Positions 28,218 through 33,987 of a stretch of DNA of 36,828 nt are shown one piece after another. Under the pieces are notes generated by a model. The model was given only the letters and a program-made list of their open reading frames with translations. It was not told where the DNA came from and made no database searches. This DNA comes from a virus. Lineage: Duplodnaviria > Caudoviricetes. Location of the stretch: IMG/VR virus record IMGVR_UViG_3300028599_000011, positions 1 through 36,828 of that record; one strand, 5' to 3'. Within the stretch, counting starts at the first letter, position 1, and each line of letters starts with the position of its first letter. The position numbers and the translations under genes are program-made.

Positions 28218-28686
28218 TTAACTCCATTGTTCGGCCATTGCTTTCATCACCAAAGGAAAGCTTTTACTTCTTTCTTTTGCTCTCTCTGGGCCAGGTGGCA
28301 ACATGTGTTTTATTGGATCTCGTGTCGTTTCTATCATTGTGGACATTAACGGCGGTAAATTTTTAAGCCATAAGCAAAGACCTTTTGTTTCTGGCTCTCC
28401 AAACATCCACGGCTGAATTTTATCGTGGAACCGTCCAACTTTTGTATATACATAGGGATGGGGCTGCGGATTCTCTAAACAGATTTTATCTATCGGCGCA
28501 TCCCATAACGCCTTGAAAAAAACCAACCCTCTTAATGTGCCATTCAGGCTTACCTCCTGAGCAATCTTGGAGATCGCACGAATAAGCCTCATGACCTCGC
28601 GCCCTAAATGCCTTACATCCGACCTGGCTTTCTTCACAAGCCATCAATATTTTCATAGGCTTAATGGCTGTGTGATCGTCTGTCAT
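28218..28686 (-). pseudogene. C5-cytosine DNA methyltransferase-like gene with internal deletion and frameshift
   Basis: N-part KILMACEESQ..AF...GHEAYSCDL in one frame, C-part ICLENP..IQPWMFG..K..CLWLKNLP in another; the PPC catalytic segment is absent. Confidence 0.8.
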
Positions 28687-29249
28687 TTAACTACCTTAAA
28701 TTTCTGACATATCCCTAACAACATATCTTTATTTTCTAACCAGAACTCAAGCGCGCCTCTATCCATAACTTCAATTTCAGCATCTGTGAATTTTTCCAAT
28801 TCGGTTATGTCGTATTCTTTACACCCTATACGCATTTGATTCTTAACTATTTGCACATACCATTTAAGGCCGTGGATGACCAGTCCAGCACCACGCAAAT
28901 CAGCACCACGCAAATCAGCACCATACAAATTAGCGCCACGCAAATCAGCACCACGCAAATCAGCACCACGCAAATCAGCATCATACAAATCAGCACCATA
29001 CAAATTAGCGCCACGCAAATCAGCACCACGCAAATTAGCACCATACAAATTAGCATCACGCAAATTAGCATCACGCAAATCAGCACCACGCAAATCAGCA
29101 CCACGCAAATTAGCGCCACGCAAATCAGCATCATACAAATCAGCACCATACAAATTAGCGCCACGCAAATCAGCACCACGCAAATCAGCATCACGCGAAT
29201 CTACCTTTATTAAAATTTCGCCGGTAAATCTATTTTTTATTTCAATCAT
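28683..29249 (-). CDS. Pentapeptide repeat protein
   Basis: 20 x A(D/N)L(R/Y)(G/D), flanked by IEIKNRFTG and IGC...FW domains. Confidence 0.93.
   Translation of the reverse strand: MIEIKNRFTGEILIKVDSRDADLRGADLRGANLYGADLYDADLRGANLRGADLRGADLRDANLRDANLYGANLRGADLRGANLYGADLYDADLRGADLRGADLRGANLYGADLRGADLRGAGLVIHGLKWYVQIVKNQMRIGCKEYDITELEKFTDAEIEVMDRGALEFWLENKDMLLGICQKFKVVK
28890..29189 (-). repeat. 20 tandem 15-bp units encoding the pentapeptide solenoid
   Basis: Plus-strand consensus ACCACGCAAATCAGC. Confidence 0.95.
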
Positions 29250-29302
29250 TTCAACTCCCCCTAACCTTTATCTATATTACTGTTATGGCTTTATTGCCAG
29301 CA

Positions 29303-29485
29303 TCAGTTAACTGAATCGTAACCGCTAATCATGCCTTTAAGGCTTTCAAGATATTTTATTTGCTTAATCAGTCTCAAATTAGCCTCATGACAGCAAACAA
29401 GGGCCGCTTCTGGTGTGTCTTGGCCGTAGAAGGTCGTTATTTCTTTAACGTCCATAGGCTTTATGGCTGTGTGATCGTCTGTCAT
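29303..29485 (-). CDS. Hypothetical protein carrying the MTDDHTAIKP leader
   Basis: ATGA coupling; second Met directly after the leader. Confidence 0.6.
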   Translation of the reverse strand: MTDDHTAIKPMDVKEITTFYGQDTPEAALVCCHEANLRLIKQIKYLESLKGMISGYDSVN

Positions 29486-29733
29486 TTAATTAACCCGCAA
29501 TGGCCTTCTGTGTCATAATTAGTTTCACCTATCTTCTGATTTGCTGCGTTGACAGTAAAAGCCTCATCCCATACCCACATCATACAATCAGACGCTACGC
29601 AACAAAAAGCTGACGGACTTCTATTTCCTTCTGCATTTACATTACACCCATCAGAGTAATTATTATCTGCATCCATTAAATTCGGATAGCGGATATGCGG
29701 GCACCATTTAGTTTTTGCGTCTTCTTCTGTCAT
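29482..29733 (-). CDS. Cys-rich phage protein, probably Zn-binding
   Basis: KWCP...C.AS.CMMW.W...GHCGL pattern. Confidence 0.7.
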   Translation of the reverse strand: MTEEDAKTKWCPHIRYPNLMDADNNYSDGCNVNAEGNRSPSAFCCVASDCMMWVWDEAFTVNAANQKIGETNYDTEGHCGLIK

Positions 29734-29912
29734 TTCTCTAATGCCTCTCTAACAACTAACAAAACAGCGCACCAGCAAAAAATAATCAATGCGATAGCGG
29801 TAAATACCGGAAAAAGTGACTCAGGGTAATAAATAGTGATAATCGCAAATAATATCATTAACCCTTTTGAAGCCAGTTTAAACATTAGTAAACAACTGTT
29901 ATCTCTACACAT
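29730..29912 (-). CDS. Small 2-TM membrane protein
   Basis: Two hydrophobic helices; GAGGGCAA RBS. Confidence 0.65.
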   Translation of the reverse strand: MCRDNSCLLMFKLASKGLMILFAIITIYYPESLFPVFTAIALIIFCWCAVLLVVREALEK

Positions 29913-29923
29913 TTTGCCCTCAC

Positions 29924-29970
29924 TTGTATTTTTCTGTTATAAGTATATACTTATATTAAGTGTTTATAAT
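29924..29970. promoter_or_regulatory. Divergent promoter region with a perfect 18-bp palindrome
   Basis: TATAAGTATATACTTATA at 29938-29955; plus-strand TTGTAT-16-TATACT and TATAAT at 29965. Confidence 0.6.
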
Positions 29971-29984
29971 ATAAGGATACCCTT

Positions 29985-30185
29985 ATGATTAATTATATTA
30001 CTGTTGCACCTACAGCCCGTCAGGAAGATTCCCATGATCTCGATGCTCTTATCCGAGCGGCTCATACTCGCCCTACAGAAGACCTTATACAGCGTATAAT
30101 CGACAAAGGTCTTGATTACCGTGGAAACTATGTCGGTCAAGTTCACGCGGCTTACATCTGGCGTAAGGCTGTTACGAGTCATTAG
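29985..30185 (+). CDS. Hypothetical protein oriented against the surrounding operon
   Basis: AAGGA RBS and promoter upstream; GLDYRGNYVG...IW motif. Confidence 0.6.
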   Translation: MINYITVAPTARQEDSHDLDALIRAAHTRPTEDLIQRIIDKGLDYRGNYVGQVHAAYIWRKAVTSH

Positions 30186-30453
30186 ATAGCTCTGTTAGGG
30201 CTTCTTCTATAGCCCAAGACCATAATTGCTTTGGCTCCTGGCCCATAAATTCACTATCGAAATATTTCATTGCCGATTTTGCTACTCTATAGCTTGATGG
30301 TAAGTTAGCAGCCTTCTGAAGCTTATCTATCTTGGCTTGCTGTTGCTCCAGTAAAGTTCTCATATGAATCTTTTTAGTACTGCTGATGTGGATATAGTTA
30401 TTCTTACTGAACTCTGTACTGTAGTATTTTATTGCTAATTCTAGATCACTCAT
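30172..30453 (-). CDS. Hypothetical protein
   Basis: ATGA coupling to the replication-like gene. Confidence 0.6.
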   Translation of the reverse strand: MSDLELAIKYYSTEFSKNNYIHISSTKKIHMRTLLEQQQAKIDKLQKAANLPSSYRVAKSAMKYFDSEFMGQEPKQLWSWAIEEALTELSNDS

Positions 30454-30818
30454 CTTGCCTGCCTCACTTTCTGTTCAAAATCTGCCCAAGTATCACCCTT
30501 TTGGGCGGTCATACCTAACCGTTTAGCCTTGTCTTTCCAGTGTTCCTCTACTTCAACTGTGGGGACTTCCCAGTCTTCTTCCCATCCAGCAACCTTTACA
30601 CCGAGAAAAGTCTGCATCTGATAAACGAATTCAGTGTTAATTTTGTCCTTCTTTCTACAATAATTGTAATACCTTAAAACGGCGGCCTGTAAATCACTGT
30701 ACAAGACACCTTCTTTCAGTCTGGCGTTATATTTTTCGTATGCTCCACGTTTAGGATTATTAGGAACCCTTTTAGGGTACATTTTCCAAAGTATTTCAAA
30801 TTTTTCTGGGTATTCCAT
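30450..30818 (-). CDS. Protein resembling the C-terminal domain of phage replication initiators
   Basis: FE.LW..YPKR....K..A..KY...AV.RY...FV....TFLG pattern. Confidence 0.65.
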   Translation of the reverse strand: MEYPEKFEILWKMYPKRVPNNPKRGAYEKYNARLKEGVLYSDLQAAVLRYYNYCRKKDKINTEFVYQMQTFLGVKVAGWEEDWEVPTVEVEEHWKDKAKRLGMTAQKGDTWADFEQKVRQAR

Positions 30819-30827
30819 TGGTTGCCC

Positions 30828-31007
30828 TCACTTTAATAACGAAATCTGCCAATTCCATAATCTAAACCCTTTGTTTCTACTAGAAAATAGCGGAGGATTT
30901 ATATTTCTATTTATTACTAATAACCCGTATCCGTTTAAACGAAACCAAAACCCGCCTAAAAATACGTAGTACACCAGATATTTAGAGATAAACTTTTTCT
31001 TAATCAT
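30828..31007 (-). CDS. Hypothetical 59-aa aromatic/basic protein (not in ORF track)
   Basis: MIKKKFISKYLVYYVFLGGFWFR...SLLK; stop codon lies in the next RBS. Confidence 0.55.
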   Translation of the reverse strand: MIKKKFISKYLVYYVFLGGFWFRLNGYGLLVINRNINPPLFSSRNKGFRLWNWQISLLK

Positions 31008-31072
31008 CTTAATCCGCCTGTACGTTTAGGTTTAATCTTCCAAAGCATTTCAAATTCTGGTGTGTATTCCAT
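31004..31072 (-). pseudogene. 22-codon stub homologous to the start of the replication-like gene
   Basis: MEYTPEFEMLWKIKPKR versus MEYPEKFEILWKMYPKR; identical 21-bp RBS/start region. Confidence 0.75.
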
Positions 31073-31081
31073 TGGTTGCCC

Positions 31082-31207
31082 TCAATCTTTCTTGCTTCTA
31101 ATTAACCAAGTTCCTTCATATTTTGCTGTGATATCTCTTACTAACCCATTCCATTTGCAAGAAAACGGCATTAATAAAAACTTTCTTATATCGCCTATAA
31201 AAATCAT
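31082..31207 (-). CDS. Hypothetical 41-aa protein (not in ORF track)
   Basis: MIFIGDIRKF...RSKKD; fills the gap exactly. Confidence 0.45.
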   Translation of the reverse strand: MIFIGDIRKFLLMPFSCKWNGLVRDITAKYEGTWLIRSKKD

Positions 31208-31210
31208 AAT

Positions 31211-31333
31211 TTAATCCGCCTGTTTATTAAATATCATAGGAAGTACTTCCGGTAGCTCATAAGGATCAACTTCAGCCCCTGGAAAGTCAGGAAATTCCTT
31301 TAGTTCAAAATTTAATAGTTCTTCGTCTGTCAT
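31211..31333 (-). CDS. Acidic 40-aa protein (not in ORF track)
   Basis: MTDEELLNFELKEFPDFPGAEVDPYELPEV...; ATGA coupling. Confidence 0.55.
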   Translation of the reverse strand: MTDEELLNFELKEFPDFPGAEVDPYELPEVLPMIFNKQAD

Positions 31334-31614
31334 TCTATGACCTCACGAACTTTAATAGTTTCTATAAAGCTCTCTTGTCCGCGTTCTTCAGCCTTATCTT
31401 TAGATACATACGCGAGATGAGGTTCTTTGCTGTAAAGATTTATCCAAAAAAACTCCCTAGGTTTAGGTTTGATGCGGTAGTCATTACCAGGCCAACTCCA
31501 TACTGGGTCGCCAAGCGTATCTTGCCAATTATCAAACCCATTTTGCATGAATTCAATCTCAGCACCATCTTCTGCCGCCTGCATTACTTCTATCTTTTCT
31601 TTTAATGTTTTCAT
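31330..31614 (-). CDS. Conserved-looking phage protein of unknown function
   Basis: IEVMQA..DG..IE...W.W....YRIKPKPRE.WIN pattern; ATG 31614 after GAGGGTAA. Confidence 0.7.
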   Translation of the reverse strand: MKTLKEKIEVMQAAEDGAEIEFMQNGFDNWQDTLGDPVWSWPGNDYRIKPKPREFFWINLYSKEPHLAYVSKDKAEERGQESFIETIKVREVIE

Positions 31615-31649
31615 ATTTACCCTCAATTAATATCTCTAACTTGTTACCT

Positions 31650-31677
31650 AGATTAGCACCGTTATGGTGAATATCAA
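31650..31677 (-). promoter_or_regulatory. Leftward early promoter
   Basis: TTGATA-TTCACCATAACGGTGC-TAATCT (extended -10); twin of the promoter at 32347. Confidence 0.75.
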
Positions 31678-31685
31678 GGAATTAT

Positions 31686-31898
31686 TTAAAATAAAGTCAC
31701 TGGGTTTTTAGGGAATAATACGACACTATTAATTTTAAAATCTATTTCTTCATTCCACCCGACTTTTTCACCGTTAATCACTAGTGCTTTATTCATGGTC
31801 CATCGTTTTAACTCGCCGTTACTGGCTTTACCTTGTCTTTCACGACTCATAAAATGACAAACTTTGTTTAAATCTATTAAAAATTCCCACGCATTCAT
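31686..31898 (-). CDS. Stand-alone S4-like RNA-binding domain protein
   Basis: SNGELKRWTMNKALVINGEKV resembles the S4 alpha-L motif (S.sEarRli..gav.iNGekv) of TyrRS C-terminal domains; GAGGTG RBS. Confidence 0.6.
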   Translation of the reverse strand: MNAWEFLIDLNKVCHFMSRERQGKASNGELKRWTMNKALVINGEKVGWNEEIDFKINSVVLFPKNPVTLF

Positions 31899-31929
31899 AA
31901 TGCACCTCTTTTAAGTTATTTGACCCACA

Positions 31930-32129
31930 AAAATACCACGGTTGAAAACCGTTAATCAATCAGAGGCTTATTAAAGGACTCTGGCAACCGCTTTACCTGT
32001 CTATTGTCAGGTTGTTTTGTCTCGCTCCTGGTTGCACAGGATTGATGCACGCCGTGGTGTATTTTAGGCCGTAGCCCCAGTCTCTTTGCTTTAAATTCAC
32101 AAAGCCTCAAGCGCGAACAGAGTAAAGCG
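31930..32129 (-). ncRNA. Putative multi-stem structured RNA or leader (strand inferred)
   Basis: Nested stems 31930-41/32052-65 and 31955-61/32040-46, three inner hairpins, plus alternative pairing 31989-32000/32117-29. Confidence 0.55.
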
Positions 32130-32169
32130 ATCTAGGAAAAATGTGAGTAAATTAACGAATGTTAATATA

Positions 32170-32198
32170 TTGACGTAGCTTAGTTTTGCCCTTAAACT
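32170..32198 (+). promoter_or_regulatory. Sigma70 promoter for the putative sRNA
   Basis: TTGACG-17 nt-TAAACT; inverted repeat ATTAAC-GAAT-GTTAAT at 32151-32166 just upstream. Confidence 0.7.
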
Positions 32199-32204
32199 AC
32201 ACAC

Positions 32205-32335
32205 ATATTTCGTTGACCCTTGCAGCTTACAATGAGCTTGCCCTCTATGCAAGTGAAATATACCCCGCGTCCCACGCTATGCGGTTTCTCTCAAAGCGTT
32301 TAGCCCTGAAGCCCCCATACTTCAGGGTTTTTTTT
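32205..32335 (+). ncRNA. Putative ~130-nt sRNA with C-rich bulges and loops
   Basis: Bounded by promoter and terminator; stems ATATTTC/GAAATAT, CTTGCA/TGCAAG, GCTT/GAGC, CCGC/GCGG; no RBS-led ORF. Confidence 0.65.
32303..32335 (+). terminator. Strong intrinsic terminator
   Basis: CCCTGAAG-CCCCCATA-CTTCAGGG then T8. Confidence 0.9.
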
Positions 32336-32346
32336 GCATTAACTTC

Positions 32347-32374
32347 TTGATATTCACCGCAGTCGTGCTAATAT
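32347..32374 (+). promoter_or_regulatory. Rightward early promoter
   Basis: TTGATA-TTCACCGCAGTCGTGC-TAATAT (extended -10). Confidence 0.75.
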
Positions 32375-32399
32375 GATATGTAACTGGAGGGCAAAACCA

Positions 32400-32585
32400 A
32401 TGAAAACACTAGAATTTACACATAATCAGGTATCACTTATTGACTACATGGTTAACAAAATGATTAAAAAACGCCGGTTTCAATTCACGCTTGCGACTAC
32501 AGCGCCACAGTATCAGGCCAGTCTAGGCAAGATTAAGGAAGAAATCACAGAACTTGAAAACATTAAACGAATAGTGGGTGAGTAA
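32400..32585 (+). CDS. Hypothetical protein
   Basis: ATG 32400 after GGAGGGCAA; the track start at 32373 lies in the -10 box. Confidence 0.65.
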   Translation: MKTLEFTHNQVSLIDYMVNKMIKKRRFQFTLATTAPQYQASLGKIKEEITELENIKRIVGE

Positions 32586-32998
32586 TGAGGGAGATTAAAT
32601 TCAGGGCGTGGGATATAGAAAATAAGTATTTCGTGAACTCCAATAGGTATTTTATAGAGCTTGATGACGGGACTACTTGGTTCAATCTAGGCACAGATGA
32701 AGGTAGCGATAACTTAGTAGATCAGTCGTTTAAACTTGAATTAATGCAATACACCGGCTTAAAGGATAAGAACGGTAAAGAGATATATTCTGGCGACATT
32801 TTAAACGGATATCACAATAAAGGCTGCGAGAAATGCGGCCACAATGCAAGGACAGTACATTATGAGGTTGTTTTTGAAGACGGTATGTTTGCAACAAAAG
32901 GACATCCTCAATCGTTAGAACGCCAAATGGCATACAGTTCCGAACCTAGTGAGTTTGAAGTAATCGGCAACATATACGAAAACGGAGATTTATTATGA
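32585..32998 (+). CDS. YopX family protein
   Basis: MREIKFRAWD, LMQYTGLKDKNGKEIY.GDIL, EVIGNIYEN. Confidence 0.93.
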   Translation: MREIKFRAWDIENKYFVNSNRYFIELDDGTTWFNLGTDEGSDNLVDQSFKLELMQYTGLKDKNGKEIYSGDILNGYHNKGCEKCGHNARTVHYEVVFEDGMFATKGHPQSLERQMAYSSEPSEFEVIGNIYENGDLL

Positions 32999-33150
32999 GC
33001 AACTGTGACGATTTAATGGAGCTTGAAGTTGAATTAAAAACTCTGGACTTCGACGGAACCAGGTTAGACGATCTTGAAGACTTCCGTAATAGTGACGACG
33101 AAGATCAAGACCGCCCTGACTGGGATATGACCGACAATGACTACTTCTAA
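32995..33150 (+). CDS. Highly acidic 51-aa protein (not in ORF track)
   Basis: GGAG RBS, ATGA coupling; 20 D/E versus 4 K/R. Confidence 0.65.
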   Translation: MSNCDDLMELEVELKTLDFDGTRLDDLEDFRNSDDEDQDRPDWDMTDNDYF

Positions 33151-33250
33151 ACTCCCACATATATGCGGAACAGTTTGTATAGTCTTATTCTGGACAGCTT
33201 TTGCAATAATATTTATCGGTCAGGCAATTTATAGGATTATAGTAGACTAA
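33137..33250 (+). CDS. 37-aa single-TM peptide (not in ORF track)
   Basis: MTTSKLPHICGTVCIVLFWTAFAIIFIGQAIYRIIVD. Confidence 0.5.
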   Translation: MTTSKLPHICGTVCIVLFWTAFAIIFIGQAIYRIIVD

Positions 33251-33266
33251 CAATTACACCTAACTT

Positions 33267-33287
33267 AGCCCCTTAACTGGGGTTTTT
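33267..33287 (+). terminator. Terminator-like hairpin inside a longer stem
   Basis: AGCCCC-TTAACT-GGGGTT-TTT; outer pairing 33255-63/33286-94. Confidence 0.55.
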
Positions 33288-33456
33288 GGGTGCAGAAGGC
33301 GGACACGGAGCCGTCATTATTATATTTCTTTTAACACGTTAAGAGGATAGAAAAATGCAAATTAGGGGGTAAATCCCCAGAATCTGACAAATTCCGGTAA
33401 GCCGCTTAATTGCGGCTTTGCTGGTAGAGAAACTAGATTATAAACGAGGGCAAATC

Positions 33457-33684
33457 ATGAAATGTTTACTATTAGCAATAACTTTAAGCGGGTGTGCTTC
33501 AATGCAAGTAACCCCCATCGAGTTCATCGATAAAATGGCAGAACGAAAATGTGAGTTCAAAATGGTGGCAATGAGAACATCGGACAACGAACATGGCTCT
33601 GAGGTTGAAGTTCAAACTGTATGCGCTTCTAAGCCTTTGGTATTAAAGCCTAGTGCATTTAAACGAGAAGGGGAGCAATTCTAA
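33457..33684 (+). CDS. Small lipoprotein
   Basis: MKCLLLAITLSG-C lipobox; GAGGGCAA RBS. Confidence 0.75.
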   Translation: MKCLLLAITLSGCASMQVTPIEFIDKMAERKCEFKMVAMRTSDNEHGSEVEVQTVCASKPLVLKPSAFKREGEQF

Positions 33685-33986
33685 TGCACATAACAACAAA
33701 AGGTTTAATCGTTTCAATTATATTTCTGGTTCCGATTCTATCAGCCTTTTTCACTAAAGGCGCAGAAGCTGGGGTTTATGTTGATATCGGCGTGGCGGTT
33801 CATGAGTATAACGCTCGGGGATTCCAGCAAACCGAGAACCGTAAACTAGGACAGGACATTGGAATAGTTGAGATTGGAATTAAAAAAGGTAACTGGACGG
33901 TATTTTATCTGCATGAGTCTGTTATCTCTCAATATGATGCTGGCCTGGATATGGTTGGGGTTAAATACAGGATTGTAGGGGATTAA
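33684..33986 (+). CDS. Small exported beta-strand (outer-membrane-like) protein
   Basis: Signal/TM ending AEA; amphipathic strands; HxS and terminal VGVKYRI. Confidence 0.6.
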   Translation: MHITTKGLIVSIIFLVPILSAFFTKGAEAGVYVDIGVAVHEYNARGFQQTENRKLGQDIGIVEIGIKKGNWTVFYLHESVISQYDAGLDMVGVKYRIVGD

Positions 33987-33987
33987 A

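Larger units (their letters stand above)
28187..29489 (-). repeat. Three dispersed copies of a 23-37 bp gene-start repeat encoding M(T/N)DDHTAIKP
   Basis: Copies at 28187-28209, 28654-28690 and 29453-29489; the last two match at 36/37. Confidence 0.9.

Noticed and set aside
28510-28540. Programmed frameshift restoring the C5-MTase at the T7 run
   Set aside because: The catalytic PPC segment is physically missing, so a shift would not give an active enzyme
28890-29189. Diversity-generating retroelement
   Set aside because: No reverse transcriptase or TR/VR pair seen; variation includes C/T changes and is not adenine-specific
28836-29310. Alternative-frame ORFs over the 15-bp repeat, including a histone-tail-like (RKSAP)n protein
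   Set aside because: A stop-free 15-mer repeat opens several frames; only the pentapeptide frame has an RBS and sensible flanking domains
28187-29489. CRISPR array reading of the 37-bp repeats
   Set aside because: Spacing is 470-800 bp, the repeats are coding and non-palindromic, and no cas genes are present
29964-30182. Minus-strand 72-aa ORF
   Set aside because: The overlapping plus-strand ORF has a clear promoter and RBS and is more protein-like; the minus ORF remains possible through overlap coupling
32232-32303. 23-codon ORF MSLPSMQVKY... inside the putative sRNA
   Set aside because: No Shine-Dalgarno and the start lies within a hairpin; not formally excluded
32303-32311. Lambda boxB look-alike GCCCTGAAG
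   Set aside because: It is the 5' arm of the terminator; the boxB 3' arm and an adjacent boxA are absent
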